Made by a program: the position numbers and the translations under genes. DNA of 51,956 nucleotides, counting the filler, from Jimgerdemannia flammicorona (Eukaryota): assembly GCA_003990765.1 (NCBI GenBank). It is 2 parts of 2 records of this genome, joined end to end, with 100 filler letters (N's around TTAATTAATTAA, not from the genome) between each part and the next. Parts side by side here need not be neighbours in the genome. Positions count along the whole stretch, not along the records: positions 26,043 to 51,956 come from RBNJ01000775.1; 1 more part is not named here. One strand, given 5' to 3'. Each line of letters begins with the position of its first letter. The stretch's first letter is position 1. Below the pieces are notes generated by a model. It was not told the DNA's origin and made no database searches. It saw only the letters and a list, made by a program, of their open reading frames with translations. Positions 38,821-51,050 of the stretch are shown piece after piece.

Positions 38821-39149
38821 ATTCTTGTTCCTCCTCATTATCACTGTCAGCTTGAAGCTCTGGGGGCTGGTCATCTTCTTCAGCTTTCTTTTTTGCTTCA
38901 GTGACTTCTTGCTCATATTTCTGTTGGCAGATTTTCCTAACTTCACTGATATAGGACCAGTAGTCATTCAGGTGTTCAGAGTAGTATATCCTAGTACTAT
39001 GGGGGCATCTTCCTTGAGAGGCATAGCCATCGATAATCTTGTTGTACCACTGCTCATTTGTGAGCTTGGGTGTCTTGTTCTTGTTCTTATTCACTGAGTA
39101 CATAAAGACCTCTGTGTTCTCTTCATCTCCTTCCTCTATGTCTGGTAGG

Positions 39150-39530
39150 ACTCCTTTGTGGACATTGATAGAGACTCATACCTTTCTTCCTCTATAGTTG
39201 ATCTGCATCTTCTGGGCATTGAGGTCAATAATGGCCTTGGCCTTGTGAAGCCATTGGTTGCCAATGAGGATATTATAGTTGGTGGTGCTTGTAACAATTA
39301 CGTCTACTGGGATGGTAGCTCTTCCTATCTTGATGGGGACTTCTCAGATTTTGCCAAGGGGGGTAGCTCATATACTATCTGCTATGACATAGACCATCTT
39401 GGTAGACTCTTCAATATCTCAACCTAGGTGGTCAATTGTCTTCTTGCTCATGAGGCATCCTCCAGCACCAATATCAATGATGGCATCAAAGATACAATCT
39501 TCAATCTGATATGGAGTATAGGCTGATGTC
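39150..39530 (-). pseudogene. aspartic protease
   Basis: DAIIDIGAGGCLMS (decayed DTG) and downstream IILIGNQWL. Confidence 0.85.
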
Positions 39531-39697
39531 TTGTGCTGGTCTTCAGATTCTTCACCTAAGTTCTCAGATTCTTTCTGTGCATTGTGAGCATCTACAATCT
39601 TGTACTCTTGGTTCTTGGCAGTAGTTGCAAGTTCTACTCTCAACTGCTGTCTGAAGGCAGAAACTTCAGCTAGCTGTCTAAAAGTGGCATTGACCTT

Positions 39698-40965
39698 CTA
39701 TTCCTTGAGGTCCTTGTAGATGTCATACTGGTGGATCTTGGTCTTGCACAGCTTCTGTTCCTTCTTGCTTTCACTTTCTCCTGAGACTGGAGTAGTGCCT
39801 TCTATGATTTGGTGGACAGCTTCATCTAACTCCATATCTTGATCAATCTCCTCAGGTTGGGTCTTGCTTTGAATAGTGACAGCTGGGGTCTTCTTTGGTC
39901 TTCCAACTGGCTTGTTGTTGCTCTTCTTATCATAGGGCTTGGACCAGGTTCTGGTACCTTCAGTAGCAGGGTAGAATTCGAGCTTCTTATAGTATTCTTT
40001 ATCATCAGTATCACCAATCTCCTCGATGACTACTATATTGGTTTGTTCTCTGGTTCTGCTAGCATTGCTTGGTTGGGCTTTGTGTCTTGTTTCAGTCATA
40101 CAACTCTTTGCATAGTGGCCTTCTTCTCTACATCTGAAGTATGTGATATTGCATTCTTCTATAGCAGCTGCAAATCTCTGCACTGGTCTCCTGTTGGCAC
40201 TTCAGACTTCTCTAACAACATCACTAAGGTATACAGTTATCTTGGTGAACTGCTTGGCAAGTTCCTCCACTGGGTCAGCTTTGGCTGTCTTGGGGGTAGG
40301 TGGGGTTGGTTGTCTGTTTACAACTGTGGTAGATATGATACTAGTTGGCTTTGATGGCTCTATCTTGATGCCAGTTATTTTCTCCATTGAGTGTTCGGCA
40401 GGGTGTCTGGTAGTCCAATATCTCTGTACAAAGACCACTTTCTGATCAAGAGTCAGTGCAGCTGGGGTAGACTGGATTGCTAGGGCAATTTCAAGATGAA
40501 CTCCTTTAAGGAAGGTTGAATCTGCTATTTGTTCCTTGAGGTGGTCATCATAGCCAGCCAAGACAATCTGGGCAGATTCAGGTATAGAATGAGTTGGGAT
40601 CTTCACTAAGTCCCTGGCAGATAGTATTGAGTTGATTCTTGAGAGCTTGCTTGATCTCTTTAGTATAATATATTGTTCTGAGGAAGGTTTTCATGTTGGT
40701 AAGTTTGGCTGCACCAGTATTAGCAATGGTGGCTGCATTGAACTTATCTCTGGTAGGTCCTCTGAGGCTGACTGGTAGAAGGGCCAATTGTGCATCCATA
40801 CCAAGGGCTCGTATAGCAGCAAATTGTTCAAAGTCTTCAATGAAGATCAGGATTAACTCTTCAATAGTATATCCATAGAATGTGGGGGGATATATTTCTA
40901 TCTTGTCTTGAATTCTTGCAGGGGTGACTCTTGTAGTCAGGGTAGTTGTTGTGGGGATTGTTCAT
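39698..40965 (-). pseudogene. gag with zinc knuckle
   Basis: PPTFYG..FIEDFE, ICQGLSEDPNSFYT, YFRCREEGHYAKSC (decayed CCHC). Start approximate. Confidence 0.85.
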
Positions 40966-41000
40966 TTTTCAGCTTGAAAGTGAGGAATTTGTCTTGAATC

Positions 41001-41018
41001 ACCAGCCAATGGACACCA
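41001..41018 (-). promoter_or_regulatory. primer-binding site (PBS; tRNA unassigned)
   Basis: TGGTGTCCATTGGCTGGT begins 3 nt after the 5' LTR end TGACA. Confidence 0.65.
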
Positions 41019-41021
41019 AGT

Positions 41022-42600
41022 TGTCACATAGTGGTCACTGAGTCCTTCAAATATGCCAGATTCTCTTCAAGGTATATCTCTTAGACTAACTCAAGTTTGT
41101 TATAAGTAAGTTCTTATTGGAGTGCCTTTCTAAGGTCTTATAGTCCTCAAACTTCTTATCTTTAACTGTCTTGTTATCTCTTAGATTGCTTACAAGGAAG
41201 TGTGTATATTGTACTGAGAGGAACTGACTTTATTTCAGAGAAAATAAGAGGAGTATTTATACAAAATATAATTCAATGATTGCTAAGATATAAAGCTAAA
41301 TATAAATTCTAATAACTAAAACTACTAAGTTCCAGGGTTGGCACTGATGGTTATACAGGTTCAGGATACTGGTATTATTTAGTATCACATCAAAATATCA
41401 GTGCTAGAACAATTTCATGTCACCTCAGAATACCAGTACTAGCATTATCCAGTGTTACATGAGAATACCAGTGCTGGCATTATCTAGTATAACAAAGAAC
41501 TTAGAGCAGAAAGTTCAGGATCATAGGGGCTTCATCATCATCATCATTATCACTAAAGGAGATAAGATCCATGAATTCATCATGCAGGTCACACATTTCA
41601 CATACTTCGCATACTTCAGGTATATTGCATGTCTTGTATATGTCGAAGTCATGTGGGATGATGTCATTGCTGATGACATCATTATATTTGGCGGCAGGAA
41701 AATCAGGAACAAGATCTGGAGCTCTCCAGTCTATGAGGTTCTCTTTCACAAAATAGAGGACAAATGTGAGATCTTAGAGAGATCTAACCCGGATGCTTGG
41801 GCCTTGGAATACTGAGATCAATCCTTGCAGGAATTGGTCTAGATTATCCTAAAAGATAGGATGCTAGAAGTCTTCTACTTCTTTGCTATTGAGAGTGATA
41901 GTGGACTGAGCTTCTGTAGCCACTCTGGCTTCTAGTGCATTGATATGGTGGGATGATAGGTCTCTGAAGTCTGAGACTCTAACATACTCCAAGTTGGGGA
42001 TCAACCATAGTGCATACCTGAAGATCTGATGGATCTTCTTCGCTATTCTCATTTTGTGTATATCTATAGGAGTGGTATCTTATAGCTCTTGGGTGCTGGC
42101 TTATGGAAACTTCTGGTAGAGGAGGTTTTCTATTTCATACTCCTGCCATATTTGGAGGTATTCAGTAGCAATGGTAATCCTTGTTTCTATTTTGTGGCAA
42201 TAGAGAATGAAGTGATAAGGGTCTGCAGTACTCAGATTGATACTAGGAGTCCTTCTTGAGCAGGTCCCCATGGCTCTTCTGATGTCTTGGAACATTCTTT
42301 CTTTGACTGAGATACCTTGGTGATTCCTTGACCTTGAGGTTTGGTGGGCAGCAGACATTTCATTTGTGGTAAGTCTTTGAGCTATTTTGGGATTGGTGGT
42401 TCTTATTGGTTGCTGCTATTGCAGTTCCTTGATTCTTCTTTTATATTCTTCAGAATGCTTGTACTGTGGTCACAATAACTCACAGTTAGTCATCATTGCT
42501 CATCTTATATACCATATGATCTTCTTGTGCTCCAATCTGGTGGCTTACAAGGAAAGGCTGTCTCCTGTGCTGATATCATCATTCTGGAGTCACTGTTACA
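41022..42600 (-). repeat. 5' LTR (1579 bp)
   Basis: Direct repeat of 33747-35324; contains degenerate ~33-bp tandem units at 41340-41490. Confidence 0.95.
41501..42358 (-). pseudogene. U3-encoded ORF, 5' LTR copy (285 codons plus stop)
   Basis: ORF-track pieces 42101-42358, 41864-42052 and 41501-41749 share one frame; 858 nt in total with three point stops. Confidence 0.8.
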
Positions 42601-42604
42601 CTAT

Positions 42605-42917
42605 GTAGCTTCTGATATCAGAGGGCTGATGATATCAGTGACTAATTTTAATATACTCTAGTTTCTATAATATCATAGACTAAGTTTATAATATTAATAT
42701 AGCTAAAGACTAATTTAGTCTTATGCTATTTTTAGCATCCTTAGTGTATTTCTGAGGCATTTCCATAGTGATGTCAGTGTGAGTACACACTAAACTAGTA
42801 TAGAGACTAGTATAACTACTATGATATTGCTGGCTGAAAAGGGCTGAAATTAGTATAAAATCATTATGATCTCACTAATATTCTTAGTTTTTCTAGTATA
42901 TAATCTTACTTGTAACA
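42605..42917 (-). repeat. distal part of the old Gypsy 5' LTR
   Basis: Follows the right TSD and ends in tgtaaca (minus-strand TGTTACA). Confidence 0.5.
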
Positions 42918-42959
42918 TGAATCTGATAATGTCAGCCTGGTGATATCATCCTTTGTAAT

Positions 42960-45061
42960 GTTGGAATGTAATTTCATTACAAGAAAGTTGTAAATTGAAA
43001 TAGCAGAATAAATTATTAGATATTTTTGCCAAGTTGTAAGATCTGTTATATATTAAAAGCTCTTTAATATTACAATAATATCTTTTAGCAACTACCAAGT
43101 ACAATCTCCAATGATATATTATTACAAATCTTTATTAGCTATAACTATTAAATTTAAGAGCTATTAATAAAAATTAATTTATTAGATTATCTAAACTTTT
43201 ATAATAAGTTACTTAAGTACAATCATGATATTATAGTGACATAACTGAATAAATATAAGACCACTGCAATTTGGTGAAATATCATCTATATGCTCCTGTC
43301 ATATTAATAATAAAATCTTTTTAAATATAATTATCTCTGATAATTTAATAACTTGTTCAATTATTAAATATATTGAGTTTTACTAAGTTTTAATATTCAA
43401 AATAAGTTTTATTAGATTATTGATTACATAAGCTTTACATTTAATGCAGTAAATCTCTCATAATATTATAATAATGACCAGATCTTAATAATACTTATTC
43501 AGAGACTTAAAATTATTTCTCTATTATCATCAGCCTTCAGATAGATTAAAAAGGCCTGAACAATCAGATTAATAATATGAGCCATATAGCATATATGTTA
43601 TATTGGCTGATAGTTGAGACTATGATCAAACTCTATCTCAATTGTTGTTAAATATATTATCTGTTGTTATAGTCAATATCTAGAGTAAAAAATTAATAAT
43701 TTAAAATATAAAATAACTATTTTTTGAAAATCCAACCTTTTTCAAAAATCCAAAACTCAATCTGTTTCAAAAACCCAATTTGTTTTAAAAACTCAACTTA
43801 TTTTGAAAACTCAACCTTTTATAAAAATCCAACTAAAAACTGATTTTTTTCAAAAACCTGACCTTTTTGAAAATCTGATATGATAAGACTCACTTACTCT
43901 TTATATATCTTTATTTATATACTAAAATCTTGAATATAGCTCTCAAAGGCACTAGTAATATTTTTACTAAAATGAGATTTTAATAGTTTAATATAATCAA
44001 TTAATATATAGTTGAGTTGCCAATTTTGACAAATTCAATATACATTAATTTTAAGAAATATATATATATTTAGAAATATTCATATATCAATAGTAAAGAG
44101 TATTTGATCTGATATATTCTATTTCTAAATAAATTAAATCAAAATGAGATTAATTTGAAATATTAGAATTAATATTCAAAGTTAGAATATTAGATCTTAT
44201 CTGTAGTATAATTTTGATAGTATTATGATTTTATTGAAAGGCCAGTTTAATTTCACTTCATATTATTCCAGCAGAAGAAATAGTAATATCTAGTTTCAGA
44301 AGGTAAAAAATATCTCTTAGCTCTAAATTCTCAATAACTATAAAAGGCTAACTATCATAGATAATCCAGTAAATAAGTATATCTTGAAATAAATTTATAG
44401 AAAATCTTAGCTATTTAATATAAAAGAGAAATATCAAATAATAATAAATTAATAAGAAAAACAAAAAACAAAAAACAAAAAACAAAAAATAAATAATATA
44501 AACTATTTTTTCAAGAAAAATAATTCTATTACTTCTACTTGATAACTTTTATAAAATTTGTCAAAATATACCTATAAATTTATTATAGAGCTACTAATAA
44601 ACTTATATATTATTTTATAGTAATTACATTTAATTCTTTTGATGTCTTCATTCTTCTCATACTCTTTTGTAAACTTTTTCCAAATACTAGAGCATTCTTT
44701 TGCTTTTGCTTTTTCTTTCTAGGACTGTTGTATTGAGACTGCACTTGTTATAGCTATGCTTATTGAAGCTATATCTAACACTGAAGCTATTGCTATAATA
44801 TCTATCATAAGTGATAATATAGAAGATATATCTGATATACTTGATTGTGACATTGCTTGATTGCTAAAAAGAGTATATATATATTGTTGTTGTGAGTTGT
44901 ATTATATATAAGTTTTGAATTACCATACTTAGGCTTAAATTTTGAATTTAATTTTGAAATTCAAAATTTGAACTTTGAATTCAATTTGAATTGTGACTTG
45001 ATTTTATTTGAATTGAAACTTAAATTGAATTGAACCTCAATTTGATTCATTGGAAGTACTA
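42960..45061 (-). mobile_element. hAT DNA transposon relic (BED finger plus transposase, with probable introns)
   Basis: SSIWKKF...IKCNY (BED, ~44620-44700), WIIYD..PF.VIE (~44335-44372), ILTITTDN (~43655-43680), MAHIINLIVQAF (~43550-43587); terminus agtacta at 45061. Confidence 0.8.
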
Positions 45062-45540
45062 GAGGTGACTATATAGTAGGGTTGGATAGATATTCTAATT
45101 AGAAAGAATAAGAGGAATATTGGAAATATTAGATATTGAGGGATGCAGAGTGGTATAGAAAGTATAGAGAAGGTCAGGCTGGAGCCCCTTGACTGTTAAG
45201 TCATATTATTGCTCAGTGAAAAGAAGAGAGCACTTGGAGTGAATAAGAGAACTACAAGATATAGGTACTATGGTAATAGAGGAGATTGACTATCTGAGAG
45301 ATAACTTTAATATAATATAGGATAGGTAGTTAGACAGAACTAATGGAGAGAGGGGAATGGCTGATAAAAGTAAGAGAATAGAGAGCTGAGAGAAGATTGA
45401 GAGGCTGAGCTTACTAGTAAATACTGGACATCTTGAGTGGAAAGATTACAGGGTCTATACTTACTGAGTAGTAAGACTAGGTTCAAGAATTAACTAGATC
45501 TTGACTACTGAGTACTAGAGAGTAGATATCTGAAAAACAT
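45062..45540 (+). pseudogene. LINE endonuclease fragment
   Basis: Decayed GGDFN (gataactttaat) and VYTH..GSRID motifs, homologous to LINE-A 4460-4950. Confidence 0.8.
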
Positions 45541-47714
45541 ACTCCTTTCTTTATAAGTTCTTCTATTTCCTTATCAGACAGTTTCTTAAATCTACTTTAT
45601 AGTCTTAAGGACTCATTTCAAGATTTATACTTTTTTTTTAATTAATATCATTTGTCTTCTTTGTTGTTATTTCTGTTCTCTTTAGCTTTTGGGCTATAAA
45701 GATAGTATATGCTCTAGTAACAACTTATTCTAAATATCATTGCTTATATGGATAATTATAAAGTCATCTTTATTCATAAATATTTTCTGATAATTATAAT
45801 TATTTAGAGATAACATCAAAGAAGTAGACAGCTTAGATTTTATTTATAGTCTGTTCTTATTAGTTATATTTTACTCTTATAGTATTCAGAAGGATCTCTA
45901 GTTTTGTAGTAAATACTTTAAGATCTTCTTTTTCATCATTATTGAATCAAAGGTTCTTGAGCTTGGTTCTAGCTTCAGCAATGTAAGCAGAGCTACAGAA
46001 CTGTTGGATGATTAGTTTCTTTAGGCTCACAGTAGCTGAGTAGACTTTATAATTAGAGTAATCATTATTTCCTTTACTTATATTGATTTCAGTATAGGTT
46101 TTCCAGATAAGATGATATACTGATAAGTTGTACCACCACTAGATAGCTATATCTATGAAATAGGTGGCAACTTTTTTTACTTGTGAGCTTATAGTTATAT
46201 AAAGATCTTCAATCTCATAGTACTTATTATTATTGAGAGTACTATCTAGATTTCAATTATCATTTTATCTATTAGTATGATAATTGATATTAACTTGTTC
46301 TATAAATATTATTACTTAGTTTGCTTTGTCTTCAAATAGTATGAAATAGAGGTCTTTTATTAGTTTATTTGTTTTAATACTAAGATAAAGGGCTTTAGTG
46401 AATATAGTTACTTAGTCAGTCAGTGCTACTATCTTATCATCTACTGATATCATTCTGCTATCTCTGTTATCTATTTGGTAAGATAGTTGGGGTTCTTCTT
46501 CTGTTATTATGGTATGTTGATTGTAATTTGAGATTGACCCTTCTATGATATCACTGAGATGGGTAAGCTTATAGGCTAATAGTCTTAATGAGATGACTAT
46601 TAGATCTGCTGCAATTTTTAGTAGGTTTGATATTCTTAGTAGTAGTTCTGTAATAGTGCTGAAATCACTAATGTTAGATTCAGGTATCTCTTCAATTATT
46701 CTCCTAGGTTTGGATGATATAGTAGATATTTTACTAGATTTAGTAGTTTGTAGTTCTTGTTCCTAAATTATTCTCACTTATATATAGAGAATTTAATAGT
46801 AGAAGTGAGATTTCTTTTAGTAGATATAGTATTCTTTATAGTTTAGAAAGACCTTGGCTTTATAGTAGTAATTATTGGAAAGGAGATTCAGAAAATATTT
46901 ATATATAGTCTCAATAGATTCTCATATACATTTTTTATAAAAGTATCTATCAACTAGCTTATTAAATTTCTCTTTAAGTTTAAAGATATAGAGGACTTCT
47001 TTATTGAGTATAAGGAAGATATTAAATACTTCTTATATGATTTTGTTATTGAGTTTATTAAACTTCTCTTGACTGATATAGATTTCAATCTACTTAATAA
47101 TAATATCTAGAGAATATTTAGAGTGAAAGTACTTCTTAACTATTGTCAACAATATTAGCAATATTGACTGATTCTGATTATCTATAGTAGATTCTTAAAG
47201 AAAGATTTTTCATGAGTAGAGAGTAACTTCTACTATTACTAAATTATAATAAAACTATATATTGATAGAATTAATATATTATAGATAATTAAGCTAAGTA
47301 TTGATTCTAAGTTCTAAGTTCTTATAAAAAAAATATTAAGTTCTAATTATCTGTTGTAGTAAAGTCCAGATATCACTTTTGAGTTCTTATACTAGTAGTA
47401 GTACTATACTTATATCTTAAGTTAATTAAACTCAGAAATATTAATAAGTCAGATTTGAGAGTTCTATAATAAGAATACTACTTTATTCTTATATTCATAA
47501 AAGGCAGAGCTGAGATTATAATATACTCAGTATAGAGAGTATTTATATATATTTAAGACTAAAACTAAATATAATATACTGAGTATATATATATATATAT
47601 ATACTACTATAACTACTAGTTAGAAATTTTATAAGAATTTTTATAGAAATTTCTATAAAAATTTCTATTAGAATTTCCAGTAGCTTATAGATATATATAT
47701 AATAATTTGTTACA
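45541..47714 (-). mobile_element. Gypsy gag relic with a putative short LTR (47352-47714)
   Basis: VATYFIDIAI*WWYNL gag motif at ~46125-46172; candidate LTR TGTAACA...CTACAACA. Confidence 0.55.
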
Positions 47715-48589
47715 GATTTTATAAGCTTTAGAAGATTTCTTCTATTAATTTAATAGTAATTTTCCTTTTTAAAATATTTAAAAATATTTAAAAATATCTA
47801 TATTATAATAGTTTTAGTTTCTTTAAGAGAAAGTAACTAAGTTCTAAAAAGTTCTAATATATAGATCTAAATAGTTTAAGGAGATATTTTAAATTTAAGT
47901 TATTCTTGAAGATTTTTGAGAGAAAATATTCCAAGCTTTATTCAAGCAGACAGAAGAGATATTTATATAAGATCTGAAAGAAAGATCTAAGAAATCAAAA
48001 GAAATACTGAGAAAATATCAAAATAAAGTTTAGGCTAAAGATAATTAAGAAAGTCTACTAGTTTTCATAACTAGCTAAAGTAAGATACTTAGTAATTAAA
48101 ACTTCAGAAGTATGTTGTAGTTTATCTATAAACTATCTTTATTTTATTTTATTTTATTTTATTTATTATAAAAAGAGAGATAATTTTATTAAAGTTATAT
48201 AGATTATATATTTCACATATTACTGATAAATAATATATCAAGTTGTCATCTTAATACTTTTGCTCAATAAGATATATAACTTAAAAAAGACTACAAGTTG
48301 ACAGTAAAAATGTAAACTAGAATAAAAAGTAATATAATATATACAAAAACTAAAACTATATATAATCTAAATTATAACTATCTAAGAATTTTTATGAGTT
48401 GAAAAGTATTCTGAAATATCTATAATATTTGAAATACTTATAAAAATATAACATATGTAATCTATAGAATTCACTCATAGATAAGAAATATCAATATATA
48501 TATATAATGATAAGAGAGACTTTTTATAGCCTGAAAAATATTCTATGATAAACTAAATACTAGTATATAGCTTATAAGATCCATTCCTT

Positions 48590-49474
48590 TAACATATTGC
48601 TTGAACTTTGGTATTGAAAGAGCTTTTGTAAGTGAATTGGTAATTATATACTCTATAGAGATATATTCTAAGTATATAATATTATTTTTTATATATTTTT
48701 ATATAAAATTATGCTATATATTAATATATTTCATTCTACTATAATGTACTGAATTCTTAATGAGTGCAATCATAGATAGGTTATCTCAGCATAATATAGT
48801 ATTCTAATTTTGAGTAAATCTAAGTTCTTTTAATAACTTATATATTTACCATAAGATAATAGACTCTTTTCCATTTTCATTAATATAGAAGAGATACTTA
48901 GTTATAGATTAACAGTCATCTAGATTATCTGCTCAATTGATATTATATATATTAGATAGCTAGATGCTATTTCTCTTATTATTACTCTTACTTAATCTAA
49001 TATTACTAAAGGTAAGTATATAGTATACCATATCTTTAAGATATTTGAAAATTCTCTAAATAGTACTCTAATATAAGTTATCATAGTAGAAGAAATACTA
49101 TACTACCTTATTTATAGTATATAATATATTAGACCTTATTTCTAGTATAAGATATATAAAAACTAACTGCTTACTAATAGGGAATATTTTTATTATTATC
49201 TTTAGCACTATTTTTGATAGATATATTGTCATCATTCTCAGATATAGTATTCAGCTTTCTTAACTTTATAAAAATATCCATAGAAATATCAATGGGTTTA
49301 TATTAAAATATTCAAGAATTGTTTGAATATATATCACTTATAAGAGATATATAACACATATATTCCTATTATATATAATAGATATCTCCAAAAAGAAAGA
49401 TATATCATCTATATTAGTTATCTTGAATTCTCAGTATAGGGCTTCTTTAACTCTATTAAGTTGATTCTTACTAA
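48590..49474 (-). pseudogene. Ty1/Copia RT-RNase H relic
   Basis: EFKITNIDDISFFLEI (EFEMTDLG..FFLGI), decayed TRPDI, SRMKYINI.HNFI (RTKHIDI), NSLTKAL. Confidence 0.8.
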
Positions 49475-51011
49475 TGTAATAGACCAAAATGTACTACCCA
49501 AATTATAACTTAGCCAGATGACGCAAACAATTAGCATACTTACTCAGCATGATGTAACTTCCAGTGTATCATAGTTACTCATACCTGCTATACTTATAAT
49601 TAGCCAAGACACCAGATCAGAATTGTTTATCTGTGTCCTGTGGACACACTTATGTCCTGCGGACACACTCATGTCCGGCGGACACACTCATGTCCTGTAG
49701 ACACACTCATGTCCTGTGGACACACCTGTACTCAGAAGACACACCCAAACATTACCAAAGATAGCAAACCTATAGTTAGCCACATAGTAACCAGATAGCA
49801 ACCAACTTGTATAAATTACCCCAGAGGTGAGAGTGAATAAAACCTCAGTCTGAATTGAAGTGCAAACCAAAGAAGCCTCTAAAGATTGAGCAATTGGTCC
49901 TCTTATTCTCACTCTGGTCCACTTTCCGATACAAAGATTGATTGGTTTGCTTGCCAGATAAGCCTGAAGATTTGCTGCCTAAGTTCAAGGAGAACTTCGC
50001 TGCCTTTTGAAGAACCTGCTGCTTAAGGAATAAGCCATACTTTTGGTACACTTGCCAGATAAGCCTGAAGAATCCCAGTTTCCCACCAAGTTTAAGGAAG
50101 AACTTCACCGCATTCCCAGAAAGCCACCTTGCTCAAGCCAGTTTCTGATGCAACTTCACAGTGATCTGTTCGCACAAACGAAGCCAGTCTTTGACACAAC
50201 TTTGCCAAGAGACCCTTTCCAAGCTGCCATCCCGTTTCCCAGTTAAAGCCTGCCATTTCTGAGTTATCCACTGTATTCCCAGTTGAAGCCAAGTCCGTGC
50301 CATCCGAGTTAATTCCCAGTTAAGCTGCCATTTTCAAGAAGTCTGCCGATTCAGGAAGAACCCATGTCATCTACTGTTTTCAAGTTATCTGCATTCCCAG
50401 TTAAAGCCACTGATTCAGGAAGAATCCACACCATCGTATTCCCAGAAAAGCCACCAAATCAGGAAGAACCCTGAGTTATTATTCCCAGAAGAGCCATCTG
50501 AGTTATCTGTTATTCCCAGTGAGCCTGTTACAGAAGAATCCACACCATATAATTCCCAGTGAGCCAAATTGAGTTATCTGCCGAATTATCAGAACATCCG
50601 CATAAGGAACCTGTCACGCTATACAGAGATTGTCATACCAAGATCGTCATGCAGAAATCGCATAAGGAGAACTGCTAAATTACCAGACCATTACACACAA
50701 GGAGATCATCGTGCTACACAGAAATCACCTGTTACTCAAGAAGGAAACCGCTCGCACTACATACAAATTCTGCCATTTCCAGTTGACCCAGGAAGGAAAC
50801 CCATTCACACAAATTACCACTACACCCAGAGAACTGTCCCAATAAGGAAATCACTTGCAGATATCCAGCTTGACTATTATACCACTAAGCACCAAGGACC
50901 TCAGGAATCTTAGAACATTTTGTTACTTTTTGACAAAGTAACTGGGGGCTCAAGCCAAACTACATCAACCCTCAACCTTGTAATTTGCCTCCATTGAGCT
51001 GGCACATTACA
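49475..51011 (+). repeat. 5' LTR (1537 bp) of a less-decayed LTR element inserted in the Copia relic
   Basis: TGTAAT...ATTACA termini; TATAAA at ~49810 and AATAAA at ~49836; followed by a PBS. The partner LTR is outside the window. Confidence 0.75.
49634..49726. repeat. 19-bp tandem repeat x5
   Basis: tgtcctgtggacacact(c/t)a units. Confidence 0.9.
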
Positions 51012-51013
51012 TT

Positions 51014-51030
51014 TGGGGGCTCAACTGGGA
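51014..51030 (+). promoter_or_regulatory. tRNA-Pro-type primer-binding site
   Basis: TGGGGGCTCAACTGGGA, 2 nt after ATTACA; resembles the canonical tRNA-Pro PBS TGGGGGCTCGTCCGGGAT. Confidence 0.75.
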
Positions 51031-51050
51031 AGATTTCAAAATTGACGTGA

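Larger units (their letters stand above)
33747..42600 (-). mobile_element. complete Ty3/Gypsy LTR retrotransposon with dUTPase and LTR-encoded ORF
   Basis: Paired LTRs TGTAA...TGACA; 4-bp TSD CTAT (33743-33746 and 42601-42604); PBS, PPT and gag-PR-dUT-RT-RH-IN. Confidence 0.96.

Noticed and set aside
48138..48480. (TAAAA)n tail as the 3' end of another LINE
   Set aside because: Too decayed; no confident protein motif or TSD.
49634..49726. 19-bp repeats as a CRISPR-like array
   Set aside because: Head-to-tail units with no unique spacers, inside an LTR, in a eukaryotic context with no cas genes.
50569..50913. 114-aa ORF in the third LTR as another U3-gene homologue
   Set aside because: TTG start, lies downstream of the TATA/poly(A) signals, and I see no similarity to the conserved blocks; only one copy is available.
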